64,000 nucleotides of DNA from Nitrosopumilus sp. (GTDB lineage Archaea; Thermoproteota; Nitrososphaeria; Nitrososphaerales; Nitrosopumilaceae). Numbering within the stretch: the stretch's first letter is position 1; each line of letters begins with the position of its first letter. The stretch is from assembly GCA_965218695.1 (NCBI GenBank), contig OZ244651.1:1600001-1664000 (forward strand), written 5' to 3'. Made by a program: the position numbers and the translations under genes. The notes under the pieces are model-generated. The model saw only the letters and a list, made by a program, of their open reading frames with translations, was not told the DNA's origin and did no database searches. Shown here piece after piece: positions 34,150 to 45,847 of the stretch.

Positions 34150-37100
34150 GTAAGTGTTCACGTCGTGCCTAATTCAGTTCACTCTTGGGTAAATTTTGTG
34201 CAAACCACAGATCCAAATAGGATGGTAATCCAAACCCGATGTGAAAAGCCAGGCTGAACTCAAAAAGATGTACACGGATCTCAAGACTGAGAACATCAAG
34301 CTCAAGCAGACGATTGAGATGCAAGGGCAGATAATTGAGGAATTGAATCTGGCAGTTGCTGATCTTAAGCGCAGGCTGGTGCGGCATGACAATTACAACA
34401 CCCCGTCATCACAAAAAAGGGGGCCCGGATGGCCTGACACAAAGGGAAAAGGCGACGAAAAGAATGCCTACAATAAATCCACAAAAGCCTCCCGGGATCA
34501 AAAGGACCGCGTGGATGCGGCCGGCAGCGGGAAGTCGCGCGGGGGGCAAAAAGGCCACATGGGCCGCACCCGCAAGCCAAAACCCACCGAGTTTGAGGAA
34601 CACACCCCGGAGGCCTGCCCCGAATGCGGCTCGGGTAGCCTTTCCATAGTGCAGTCAGAAAAACGCGACATTACCAAGGTGGAGCGCACGATAAAGGTCA
34701 TCACCACGCGCCACACCATAAACACGTGTCGCTGCTCCTGCGGTCTGGTGGACATCAAGCCCGAGACCGGCCTTCCAGACAAGGGCAGCTACGATCCGAG
34801 CATAACGACTGATGTTGCAGACGATTACGTGTGTCGCATGCCGTTTAGGATGATCGCAGACCGCATGTCGCGGTACGGAATTACACTCTCCTCGGGCACG
34901 GCGCACAACATAATGCGCAGGCTGGGAACGTCGCTGGGCGCCCCTGCGGCAGCCATTGCCGCCATGATACGCAAGGCCAAGATACTGCACGCCGACGAGA
35001 CATCGATTCACCTAAACGGCCGCAACGTCTGGGTGTGGATACTGCACGATCCGCTGACCGGGCACGCGCTGTACGTGATACGGGACAGCCGGGGGGCAAA
35101 GGTTCTGAAAGAAGCGCTTGGGGGTTGGGACGGCACGTTAGTGTGCGACGGCTGGACGGCGTACGGAAAATACCGCGTCCAGCGCTGCTGGTCGCACATA
35201 ATACGCGAGGCCAGGGACATCTGCAACCGCAATCCGGACTGCCCAGGCGCGCGCAACGTCCTGAAGCACCTGCGCATAATCTATGATTATGCCAGAAGGG
35301 CAAGCAGGAAACGCTCGCGCTCTCTCCGGGACAACGCGTCTGCCATGCTGACGTCATGCATCGAAAAGATCGTTGCAAGAGATCCTATGCAGAATGCGCC
35401 TGACGCGGCAAACCATAAAATCACGTCCGAACTGCGCTGGGCATGGCCGTATCTGAAAATCCCACCTGCCACATATTTTACAAATTCGTCTTGTTCGTCC
35501 ATGTGAAAAATCTAGTTTCCAAGAATGAAAAGCAAGACATGTCCGGCGGATGTGCGGCATCTGTCCACCAGAGCGGCAGATTGTTTCATGGTGAATTGGA
35601 GGGGGAGATTCATGCGAATCCGAATGCTATGCGCGGCATTTTTGCACTGCTGCATCTTTTACTCCGTCCAAGCGGCTCATGCCGCCCTGCCTCAGAGGCG
35701 CGCCCTTTCTTCTGCCAGCCTCTTGAGAAGGTCCGCGTCCCTGAGTTTTATTTCGTCCCACATCAGATCCTGGTTTACCATTCCTGCAATCGCGTTGAGC
35801 TCGTCGTTGTACTCCTCTTCGGTGCCGTCGTACGGGTCAGTCAGCCTCTTGTACTGCTTCAGGTTCTCCCTATGACGTGCTCTATGGCCACCCGGGAACT
35901 GTTTACCCTCTTGTTGTAGGCGCGCTGCTTCTTTGTCAGGCCACCTGTCTTCTTGTCGGCACCAGGCTTTTTCTTGTACGGGTGCCTGATGTGCCATCCG
36001 GGATATTCCTCCCTTGTCCCCTGGTAGCCCTTGTCGGTCAGGACATAGGGCTTTTCCTTTTCGGGCACGTCCTTCTGGCCCATCCTTGCAGTGATGATTC
36101 CAAGGTTTGGCGGATCCTCGTTGAGCAGGGTCTTGTCGTGGACGCTGCCCGGAACGGTCTTGCTTATCGCAACTATCACGCGGCGCTTGTTGATCACGAT
36201 GTTGGTGTTGTACGTGTGCGCCTTCTTCTTGCCAGAGTACGTCTTTTTGCGCCTCTCCTTGTCCGCGGATCTTCTGACCCGGTTGTGCGTGCCGTCCACC
36301 ATCAGTTCTCCTCCCCTCCTGCCGGGTATTATCTTCTTGCTCTCCTCAAACGTCCTGGCCTTTTGTGCAGCCTCGCTGATTTTGCGCGGCGCCGTGCCTG
36401 TCTCGCCTAGCAGCCGGGTCATCAGGGGAAGATACCTGGAGACGGTGGCCTGGTCAACGCCAAGCATCGTGGCCAGGGCTTCCTGCGGTATGCTCAGCCT
36501 TGACCGAAACAGCCACAGCAGGTACGCGTGCCTCAGGGGCAGGATGCGCCTGCTTCCGGAGTTTTTTGATCTGCTCCCAACTTCCCAAAAGAGCGCAGTC
36601 TCCCCGTTCCGCTCCAAAAGCTCCTTGAGGCGGTTCAGCGTGTGGTCAAACCTTTCCGGGGTGCGCAGCGTCATGGCGTGCAGGAATTCAGGATATTTTA
36701 TGATGTCGTCAAGAAACCTAGACGTGATGGTCCAGTGGTCAGTCAGGCGTTCCTTGAGGGCCTCGCCCTTCTGCCTGTCTGTCCTGCGTGCCTCCCTGAG
36801 GGCCCTGATCCTCTGCCTGTGGAGTTCTCCTGATTCCCTGAGCGACTCGTTTTCCTGCCGTATTCTCTGCACGATCGGTTCTGCCAGCATTGCCATCACG
36901 GTGTGGCGTAAAGACCACCGATCTTAATGTTTCGGTTGCCGTTCCTGGATTGGCATGTTTTACGGTTCTGTGAATATTCGACTGCATGTGGTGCTGCATG
37001 TAGGAATAACCCAGTTTAATTCAGTTTTTTAGGTCAGGCACATTCTGCATGAGATCTAAGGTACGCCGACGATCCAATATTGGAAAAATTCATGGTCAAG

Positions 37101-37356
37101 ATCAGCAATGCTGGCAGCGACCTGTTCCGGTTCGTGCTGAACCCAAAGATCCCGCCTACAAACAATGCTGCAGAACGCGGGTTGCGCGAGATAGTCGTGC
37201 ACAGAAAAATACGGGGCAGCATAAGGGCAGAGGAGACGATGACGTGGATGGCGAATTTCTTTTCATGTGTAATGACATGGAAAAACAAGAAATTGGATTA
37301 CTTGGCGGAGATTGCAAAATACGCCTAAAAATGAGTTAAACCACGTGAACACTTAC
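34150..37356 (+). mobile_element. IS66-family element interrupted by an IS5
   Basis: GTAAGTGTTCACG IRs; transposase 34241-35379 continues at 37061-37328. Confidence 0.92.
35380..37057 (-). mobile_element. IS5-family element; transposase 35692-36899 frameshifted near the C-terminus
   Basis: IR AGATC..ATGCAGAATG.GCCTGA, 3-bp TSD AAG; VDGT, YSGKKK, DKGYQG, IEHVIG. Confidence 0.92.
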
Positions 37357-39315
37357 AAATATTCTAAAGCAGAAAGACAAAAAGCTGGAACAGAAAGACA
37401 AAAAGCTGGAACAGAAAGACAAAAAGCTGGAACAGAAAGACAAAAAGCTGGAACAGAAAGACAAAAAGCTGGAACAGAAAGACAAAAAGCTGGAACAGAA
37501 AGACAAAAAGCTGGAACAGAAAGACAAAAAGCTGGAACAGAAAGACAAAAAGCTGGAACAGAAAGACAAAAAGCTGGAACAGAAAGACAAAAAGCTGGAA
37601 CAGAAAGACAAAAAGCTGGAACAGAAAGACAAAAAGCTGGAACAGAAAGACAAAAAGCTGGAACAGAAAGACAAAAAGCTGGAACAGAAAGACAAAAAGC
37701 TGGAACAGAAAGACAAAAAGCTGGAACAGAAAGACAAAAAGCTGGAACAGAAAGACAAAAAGCTGGAACAGAAAGACAAAAAGCTGGAACAGAAAGACAA
37801 AAAGCTGGAACAGAAAGACAAAAAGCTGGAACAGAAAGACAAAAAGCTGGAACAGAAAGACAAAAAGCTGGAACAGAAAGACAAAAAGCTGGAACAGAAA
37901 GACAAAAAGCTGGAACAGAAAGACAAAAAGCTGGAACAGAAAGACAAAAAGCTGGAACAGAAAGACAAAAAGCTGGAACAGAAAGACAAAACCCTAAAAA
38001 ATATTCTAAAGCAGAAAGACAAAAAGCTGGAACAGAAAGACAGGGAGTTGGGCCTTGAACGCGGCCTGTGGAAGAGCAGGAACGATGGCTGGAACCCCGG
38101 CAAGGGGCCCGCGTTGCACCTGCTAGAGGTGCTAGACGGCATAATACGCGACGGGGACAAGCTCCGCCATGTCACGCTGGCAGACGGGGAACAGTTCCGG
38201 TACATGCTGGAGCGGGCCAAGGTGTTTCTGACGCATTCGGGCCAGATGCCGCTGTTCCGCGATAACGCATCCCGGACATCCGATCCCGGAAACCGGTGCA
38301 AACTGTACCTGAGACACGCACTGCTCCTAGCACTTATCCGCAAAAAGGACAACCCCGCCCAAGGCGTGCTTGCCGCATTCTTCGGGATAGACCAGACCAC
38401 CGTGTCCCGGTACATTCCGGTGATGGACGCGATGCTGACAGGGATACTTCCGACGGCAGACAACATATCCGAGGAGGTAGCTGCTGCCCCGACCAGGGAG
38501 GATTTCAAGAAGATCGTGCCCGGGTCCGACGGGGGCGAGATATTCATAGACGGCACGCACTGCCCCGTGCAGCGCCCGTCTGTAAAGTCAGTCCGGCGCA
38601 TGGGATACTCCGGCAAGAAGAAAAAGTTCACCAACAATACCAACGTGTACACCAACCGGGACGGGGTGGTGATCGGCATATCAAAAAGCACCGTCGGGTC
38701 AGTCGGCGACATCACGCTGCTCAAGGAACGCCCCATGCCGTTTGGAAAGTGGGAGGAGGCGATGCACGATCCGGACCTGCCAGAATCAGACAGGTGCCAC
38801 CCCTTCGTCGACCGCGGCTACCAGGGAATCGCAGACCACCTGCCCGGCACCACGCCGGAGATCCCGCACAAGAAGACCAGGGACACGCCGCTGACGCCGG
38901 AGCAAAAAAAGCACAACCACAGGATCAACTCCACCAGGGTGTTGGTGGAGCACACGATAGGCAGGCTCAAGCGCTACGCGCGTCTTGCCGACCCGTACGA
39001 CGGCAACGCGGCCCAGTTCAACAGGGAGTTTAACGTGATCACCGGGCTGGTAAACCTGAACATTGTGGGACTGCATGGAAAAGGGTCCGCCACCGCCAGG
39101 GCAGTGGAAGACGTCAGTAGACTGGGACAGGGCCTGCTCCGAAGCTCCGGTCAAGTAGAATTCAGGGCACGATGAAGTGCTGCAAGGCTGCGCACGTCAT
39201 TTTGGATTTTGGGGTGAACGGACTTGCCACATACACGACACGAGCAGTTTTAGGCCGTATTTTTCCGGTTTTTTATGGCCGGGTTGGCAAAATGGGTGGA
39301 TTACGCATATCTTCT
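37357..39315 (+). mobile_element. IS5-family element lacking its left end; transposase with coiled-coil N-terminus and C-terminal frameshift
   Basis: IDGT, YSGKKK, DRGYQG, VEHTIGRLK; right end matches 18537 onward. Confidence 0.85.
37370..37990 (+). repeat. 21-bp perfect tandem repeat x29 encoding heptad QKDKKLE
   Basis: Unit cagaaagacaaaaagctggaa, in frame with the transposase ORF at 38048. Confidence 0.95.
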
Positions 39316-39373
39316 ATTCGGGCACTTCAAAAAACGAAACAATTACAATCACTTACTAAATTTCCCCGTTTCC

Positions 39374-42300
39374 ATGTCGACACCGATATTAATGGCTACG
39401 CACGGACACAGTGCAACAGCCTTGACAAGATTGTACGATAACAAGTCTACACTCGTGAATCGGCGCGCCCCAATACGCGAGACGGCTTCGGGCCGGGCGT
39501 TGCTGGCTCTGGAGGCCAAGAGACTCCGATACGCATTCGCGTATGATCCTGTGCTTGCCATGAGCGTCTCCAAGGTGGATCCGCTCCCACACCAGATCGA
39601 AGCCGTCTACGGGCATGTCCTCAGGAAGCCGCGCGTGAGGTTCATGCTGGCCCATGATCCGGGAGCTGGCAAGACCATAATGGCGGGGCTCATAATCAAG
39701 GAGATGAAGCTGCGCGGCACAGCCAAGCGCATCCTGATAGTGGTTCCAGGCCAGCTCAAAGAGCAGTGGCGCTGGGAGATGAAGGACAAGATCGACGAGG
39801 ATTTTGAGGTGGTTGATCGGAAGTACTTTAATCGCGTCGGAAGCGACGAATCCTGGAGCGCGGACCAGATTATAACATCCATTGATTTTGCAAAGCGGGA
39901 CGACGTGCTAAAGTCGCTGGACTCGGCCTCGTTTGACATGGTAATAGTCGACGAGGCGCACAAGATGAGTGCGTACTCTTACGGCAAGACGACTGCCAAA
40001 ACCAAGAGGTACAGGCTGGGCGAGGCACTCTCGGCGGCAGGCACGAATCTCCTGTTCCTGACTGCCACCCCACACAAGGGAGACAGGAACAACTTTAGGC
40101 TACTCATGGATCTGCTGGAGCCGGGCTTTTTTGCAGAGGACTCCATGATGGAAGAATCCATACGGGACATGGACAACCCGCTTTTTCTCAGGCGGGCCAA
40201 GGAGGGGATGACTGACTTTGACGGCGCACCGCTCTTCGTGCCGCGTACAGTCAGCACGCCAGACGTGAAGATGTCGCGTGCAGAGAAGTCCCTGTATGAT
40301 GCCATGTCCAAGTACGTCCGGGAGCAGTACGACTTGGCCTCTAGGTCATCAAAGGGGCACAACGTCACGTTTGCACTCATAATACTGCAGCGCAGGTTCG
40401 CATCCAGCCCGTACGCGCTGCTCCGATCCCTCAAGCGCAGAAAAGCCCGCCTGGAGGAACTGTACCGGACAGGAAAGCATCCAGGCAATGTGCGGCAGTC
40501 GGGCAAAGACCTAGAAAGCGTGGAGGAGATGACAGAGGCCGAGAGGTGGGCAGAAGAAGAGAAGTGGGAGGTGCTCAGTATGGCGCAAAACCTGGAGGAT
40601 CTTCAAGAGGAGATCGGTACAGTGGACAAGTTGATCTCCAAGACTGAGAAGGTGGAAGGCAGGAGGTCAGAGACGAAGCTTGCGTACCTAAAAGAGATGA
40701 TGCAGGAGATGGACAGGACGCAGCCAGACGAGAAGGTGCTGGTATTTACAGAATCCAGGGACACCATGGAGTATCTGGTCAGGAACATGGCAGGATGGGG
40801 CTACTCGGTCAACACCATACACGGTGCCATGCCGTCCAAGGAGAGGAAGGACGCAGAGGCGGTCTTCCGCGACAAGACCCGCGTGATGGTGGCCACGGAG
40901 GCTGCCGGGGAGGGAATAAACCTGCAGTTCTGCCACATCATGATAAACTACGATCTGCCTTGGAACCCCAACAGGCTGGAGCAGAGGATGGGGCGCATTC
41001 ACCGGTACGGCCAGAAGCATCCAGTCAGCGTCTTTAACATGGTGGCCTCAGACACCCGGGAAGGCCAGATAATGCAGAGGCTCTTTGAGAAACTCGACGA
41101 GATAAAGGAGGTCATGGGCAGTGACAAGATATTCGACGTGATAAGCGAGGTGGTCCCGGGCAAGAGCCTCTCCAACATGTTGCTTGAGGCCACGGTGCGC
41201 GCAAGGGAGCAGAAGGACATAATGAAGGATCTGGACGCGTACGTGACTGCCGAAAACGATCAAATACGCGACTACTTGGAGGACAGCCTGTCTGCCAAGT
41301 ACGTGGATCGCACCATGCTTGAGGACTTTAGGGGCGAGGCGCAGGAGAAGAGCCTGGTACCAGAATACTCCATGAACCTGTTTGCCGACGTGCTTGAGGC
41401 TGCGGGGGGGCGCGTAATCAACAAGAACGGCATGGTGGCCTCCATAATCCTGCCGCCGGAGATAGCGGCGCTGGCGCGTGAGCGGCACGGGATGCCAGAG
41501 GCATCCCAGCTCGACACGGTCACGTTTGACAAGAGGGTCAGGATGGCAAATCCTGGCACGGAGCTTGTCACGTTTGGCCACCCCGCCTTTGACGCGGCAC
41601 TTGACTGGGCAGAACGCGAATACCTCGACGATGTGATGGCCGGGGCCACGTTCACAGACCCTTCCGGCAGGATGGACGGCTACGTGGTGTACTGCCAGGG
41701 GGACGTGATAGACGGGCAGGGAACCGTCGCAGGCAGGCGCCTCTCGGCATGCCTTGTGGATTCAAAAGGGCACGCAAGGGACGTGTCCCCTGCGGTGCTA
41801 CTGGACTTGGAACCGTCCCTTGCCGAGCCGGAGTTAGACGTCCCAGAAGACGTCTTGGAGGCGGCAGTATCAGAGTCGGCCAATATGCTTGAGGAATACG
41901 TAGGTAGCATCTCAAAGGAACGCCTCAAGTATGCCGGAAGCATGCAAAAATACGGGGTAAGCTCGATTGACACGCTCTTGGATCGGGTCAGCGACGATAT
42001 AGCCAGGCTCCTTGACAAGAAAAGGATCGGGATGTCGATGGATCTTGCCATATACAACAAGAGGGAGGAGCGCAAAAGGCACAGGCTGGCAAGGCACAGG
42101 CTGAAGACGCGAACAGACGCAGACATGGAACTGTCCGCATGCGCACCGTCTGTGGCAGGCGTGGTAAGGGTGATTCCGGGTGATTCCGGACGGCGTGCGA
42201 CGTGGATGGCGCTAGAATCTGCCATGTCATTTGAGAAGGCCAGCGGCAGGAACCCGGAGGACGTGTCCGGGACGGGGCGCGGATTTGACATAAGGTCCAC

Positions 42301-42520
42301 GGACGGGGCCGGTGTGCGGTACGTGTTGGCAAAGCCTGCCAAACCCAGGATCAATCTTACCCAAAACGAGTGGCTCCGCTCTAAGACGCTGGGCAACGCC
42401 TCGTACCTGTACTTGGTAGATTCGGATGGGAAGATTTCCCGCACCGTGGTGAACCCGGCGGCGGTCCTGCTATGCGCCAAGACGGCCTCGGGGTACGTGG
42501 CAGATACGGGCATGGCGTGA
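39374..42520 (+). CDS. SNF2-family helicase with C-terminal DUF3883-like domain (start uncertain)
   Basis: PLPHQ, HDPGAGKT, DEAHK, LTATPH, EAAGEGINLQ, WNPNRLEQRMGRIHRYGQ, GFDIRS..LTQNEW. Confidence 0.9.
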   Translation: MSTPILMATHGHSATALTRLYDNKSTLVNRRAPIRETASGRALLALEAKRLRYAFAYDPVLAMSVSKVDPLPHQIEAVYGHVLRKPRVRFMLAHDPGAGKTIMAGLIIKEMKLRGTAKRILIVVPGQLKEQWRWEMKDKIDEDFEVVDRKYFNRVGSDESWSADQIITSIDFAKRDDVLKSLDSASFDMVIVDEAHKMSAYSYGKTTAKTKRYRLGEALSAAGTNLLFLTATPHKGDRNNFRLLMDLLEPGFFAEDSMMEESIRDMDNPLFLRRAKEGMTDFDGAPLFVPRTVSTPDVKMSRAEKSLYDAMSKYVREQYDLASRSSKGHNVTFALIILQRRFASSPYALLRSLKRRKARLEELYRTGKHPGNVRQSGKDLESVEEMTEAERWAEEEKWEVLSMAQNLEDLQEEIGTVDKLISKTEKVEGRRSETKLAYLKEMMQEMDRTQPDEKVLVFTESRDTMEYLVRNMAGWGYSVNTIHGAMPSKERKDAEAVFRDKTRVMVATEAAGEGINLQFCHIMINYDLPWNPNRLEQRMGRIHRYGQKHPVSVFNMVASDTREGQIMQRLFEKLDEIKEVMGSDKIFDVISEVVPGKSLSNMLLEATVRAREQKDIMKDLDAYVTAENDQIRDYLEDSLSAKYVDRTMLEDFRGEAQEKSLVPEYSMNLFADVLEAAGGRVINKNGMVASIILPPEIAALARERHGMPEASQLDTVTFDKRVRMANPGTELVTFGHPAFDAALDWAEREYLDDVMAGATFTDPSGRMDGYVVYCQGDVIDGQGTVAGRRLSACLVDSKGHARDVSPAVLLDLEPSLAEPELDVPEDVLEAAVSESANMLEEYVGSISKERLKYAGSMQKYGVSSIDTLLDRVSDDIARLLDKKRIGMSMDLAIYNKREERKRHRLARHRLKTRTDADMELSACAPSVAGVVRVIPGDSGRRATWMALESAMSFEKASGRNPEDVSGTGRGFDIRSTDGAGVRYVLAKPAKPRINLTQNEWLRSKTLGNASYLYLVDSDGKISRTVVNPAAVLLCAKTASGYVADTGMA

Positions 42521-42727
42521 TGCCAGGCGCGATGCCAGGCGCGATGGATGCGTGCGTACCCGAACGCGTCGGGACTGCCTTTGGCGTTACCCATCTCATT
42601 CCATCTCACCCCCTCCACCTCTGCGGAGGGTTGGGCACATTTTCTGGCAAGACGGACATGCTGGTAAAGGTGCCCCGCGTGTCTAGACGTGTACGGTCTG
42701 CTGCTGCTGCAGCAGCTGCTACAGGGC

Positions 42728-44449
42728 CTACGCGCTTCCCAGCAACACGCCCAAGTGCCGCTTGGCCGCGCCCTTGCGCGTGATGCGCTTGACTGTCTTG
42801 TTGTACTCGTCATCAGAACCGGGCGTCTCCCTTATCTTGATCAGGTGCCCGGCAACGCGTTGGTAGTGATCCTTTCCGGAATTGCCCTTGGCAAATTTCT
42901 CCACTGCCCTACAGTATGCGGCCACGTAGCGTTCGGGTTCTTTCTTGACAAGCTTTGCGTGGAACTTGTAGAATGTGGTTACCCCTCCGGCAGACTCCAG
43001 CATGTCCATTGCCTTGCCGCGCATCCCCTCATTTAGGCAGATCTCGACGGCCTTTTCCGGCGATGATCTTGCAATGGCAGCCAGCAGCTCGCCGATGTCT
43101 GCATCCCAGTCGGCCGAGTGCTGCTTGAGGCGGCGAATGTAATCCATGTCGCCGGTAAGCACGAACAGTTTCTTGAGGAATGCAGCATGCTCCTTGCTGC
43201 CCTTGGGGAGCAGGGCAAGCACCGCGTCCATCACGTGTGTGTCGTTTGGAAACTCGCCTGCCGCCTTTTGCGCCTCCCGGCTTGCCATTTCTGGATCCGC
43301 ATCCTTGAGAAGGTGCAGGTACCTGACGCACAGATCCTTGCTTGTGGAAGCGTGCCTTTCTAGCAGTAACCGCGCCTTGTCTGCCCTGCCCGTCTCTTCT
43401 AGCACGCGCGCCTGCATCCGCACGACCCCTGCCAGCCTTGCCCGGGCTGCCGAGAGATCCTGCACGTGCCTTGACGGCAGGCCCAGCATGTTCCTTCCGA
43501 TCCTGCGGCTGCCTGTCCAAATAGGATCGTTCAAGTGCGGTGCCAGCAGACCCTCCAGGAACACCAGATCCTCGCCGTCGGTGCACACGGTGTCCAAGGC
43601 GTTGAGGTAATGCTGCATGATCCGGTCATCCTCCAGCTTCAAAAACTCGTTGAACGTGTGCTCTATGTGGAATTGCTTGTCCCCGTGGGACGGATCCTCC
43701 CTTACTATGGAGTCGACCATGTTCTCAAGTGACTCTATGCAGCAATCTGCATAGTATCCGTCCTTGTCGTCAACGGATCCCATGTTTTCCCGCACAGTCT
43801 TGGACATCTCCCGGTACATCTTTGTAGCCTCCGGTATCTCCCCCCTTTCCTGCCTTCCCCGTGCCTCGGTAAAGATGGGGCCAAAGTCGAGGCGATCCGG
43901 GTTATGCTGTTTCCGGGCACGCGAGTACATCCTGCCCAACTGGGCGGCGTAGTCCCTTGGCGGATGCACGTTCTCCAAGTGAAACTTTTTGACAAAGGCG
44001 TCTTTCACGTGGGGGTTCATGGACATGTGGGTGGCTAAAAATTCCAGTGCCTCCTCGGATCGCACGCGGGCTATGATGTATTTGACGGCGTCAGGCCGGG
44101 AAGCCTCCTCTTCGAGCATCTCGGCAAAGTTGTCCTTGAGGTAAAGCAAAACGGCTACGATGTGCTCGCAGGTCCCGTATTCAAGGAACAAATCGTTGCA
44201 GCTGCAGCTGTACTCGTATCCGTTTTTCGTATATTCAAGTTCCACGTGGCGCGTCTGTTGTGACTGCACCGTGGCATTCAGCATGTTCTTGGTGATAGTC
44301 GCGCCAACCACATTCCCGTTGTTGTGGTGGTGCATGCCGGTCCGGTACGTATTCCCATGGCATGTCGCCTTTATCGCACCGACAGTGGGCCTGACAAACC
44401 ATCGGTTTTCGTACTCGGTCTTGGCTGACAACTGCATGGTGTCGCACAC
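42728..44449 (-). CDS. SWIM zinc-finger protein with helical-repeat C-terminus (start uncertain)
   Basis: CSC-x9-CEHIVAVL. Confidence 0.8.
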   Translation of the reverse strand: MCDTMQLSAKTEYENRWFVRPTVGAIKATCHGNTYRTGMHHHNNGNVVGATITKNMLNATVQSQQTRHVELEYTKNGYEYSCSCNDLFLEYGTCEHIVAVLLYLKDNFAEMLEEEASRPDAVKYIIARVRSEEALEFLATHMSMNPHVKDAFVKKFHLENVHPPRDYAAQLGRMYSRARKQHNPDRLDFGPIFTEARGRQERGEIPEATKMYREMSKTVRENMGSVDDKDGYYADCCIESLENMVDSIVREDPSHGDKQFHIEHTFNEFLKLEDDRIMQHYLNALDTVCTDGEDLVFLEGLLAPHLNDPIWTGSRRIGRNMLGLPSRHVQDLSAARARLAGVVRMQARVLEETGRADKARLLLERHASTSKDLCVRYLHLLKDADPEMASREAQKAAGEFPNDTHVMDAVLALLPKGSKEHAAFLKKLFVLTGDMDYIRRLKQHSADWDADIGELLAAIARSSPEKAVEICLNEGMRGKAMDMLESAGGVTTFYKFHAKLVKKEPERYVAAYCRAVEKFAKGNSGKDHYQRVAGHLIKIRETPGSDDEYNKTVKRITRKGAAKRHLGVLLGSA

Positions 44450-44574
44450 GGTTTAATTTAGTATTTTGGTTGTCCGGCTCTTTTGCAAACGCGGGTGGTG
44501 ATTAAGTGTTCCCACTTTTGTGCTGATGATCAATTAAACATGCCATTCTGCATGGAACCTGAATGTGAATCTTC

Positions 44575-44775
44575 GTAATTGTTTCGCTTTTTGAAGTGCC
44601 CGAATGGCCTAGCGGTCATCCATGGCGCTGGGAAGAAATCTAATAACTTCGTGCTCGGGACGACAAAGTTAGACTATCACGATCCAAGTATGAGCGGGTG
44701 CTAGTCCCTTCGATTACCACAATGAAGGAACCAACACACCAAGCATACTTGGAGGCGGAGGAATTTAAGGCAATA
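44575..44775 (+). mobile_element. left-end remnant of an IS66 related to 47518-49269
   Basis: GTAATTGTTTCGCTTTTTGAAGTGCCC end and MKE.T.Q..L..EEFKAI start; inverted 31-bp scrap of the same end at 39316-39346. Confidence 0.7.
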
Positions 44776-45060
44776 CACAAACCCAGTTAACGCAGAAGTA
44801 AGACTCGATTAAGGTACAATGAGCTGCGGATGCCTTGCAACATGTTAAGCAAATATGGAAATAAACTCCTCAGACAATGCCTAGGCAGTTGTCAACATCC
44901 CGAGAGTCTGCTGCTTAAAAGAATTGATGGTAAAAATCTGTCAATGCACCAACATAGACAGACTCACGCATCAACATACCTTTGCGGAATTGGAATTTAA
45001 GCATTTGAATGCGCATTGGCATTTCACGGTGCCTGCCGGGAGGCATCTGCGGTGACCGGC

Positions 45061-45535
45061 ATGGCAGGCCATCTGCAGCGCACCCTGCAAAACAACCCTC
45101 GGGTTCGCCAAGATACGATATCTGATGCGGCCCGCGTGTTTGATTCAAGCCTTCCAGTCTCCAAAAAGCCCAACGCGGCGTACGGGGTGGATGATTTTCA
45201 CAGGATCATGGTAATGGCAGCCGTGCTTGGGATATCAATCGGAGGATACGCTGCGGCCGTGCGCAGGATAGTGACTACAGTACAGGGACTTGACAGATTC
45301 CACCGATGTGCCCCGTGCAGCGAGTGGATGCGCAACATTTGCTCCCGGATTGATTCGAAAAGCCTGATGCAGTCATTTAATGAAATGATATCCACGCAGG
45401 TAAGCCAGCTTGAGGATCTGGGCATGCTTGGCAACAGGAGGATGAATGTTGCCATTGACATGCACCTGATACCGCGCTGGGACCGCAAACACGGCGCAGA
45501 GCTTGTAAGATCAAAGGCCAAAAGGGGAACGCATA
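45061..45535 (+). pseudogene. truncated ISH3-family transposase (diverged relative of the two intact copies)
   Basis: DFHR, EWMR, AIDMHLIPR.D...GAELVRSKAK.GTH shared with the intact copies. Confidence 0.85.
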
Positions 45536-45847
45536 GTAGTGGCCAAAGCAATCCGATCACCCTCTGCCAATAATTCCGAAAACTACCGAGCCTCATGAAA
45601 TAATTTGTCCATCCGTGCTGTGACTGGCAGGCCTGAATGTCTCCGGGCATACATTCAGATCACAGGCATGCTCATATCCGCTCATGATGACTGTTGTCAA
45701 GGAAAAGCAAGGCGCTGCCGACCCCGGCAGTCGCACAAGGACAGTTCCCGCAGCCGGACCGGCATCAGGGCAAAAGAGGCTCAAGACGGGATCCATGTTC
45801 ATGCCGAACGTGAGCGCAAAGAGGCTGGTGCGGATGTGTGCAAAAGA

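Noticed and set aside
37312-38736. ORF-track proteins (ERQKAGT)n and (SFCSSFL)n
   Set aside because: Off-frame and antisense readings of the 21-bp repeat; only the QKDKKLE frame joins the transposase.
39275-39346. Shared N-terminus MAGL.KW.DYAYLL of two helicase ORFs (also 18537-18577) as a conserved leader
   Set aside because: It is the IS5 right end read through into unrelated downstream sequence.
42519-42546. 12-bp tandem gatgccaggcgc
   Set aside because: Two copies only; ordinary slippage duplication.
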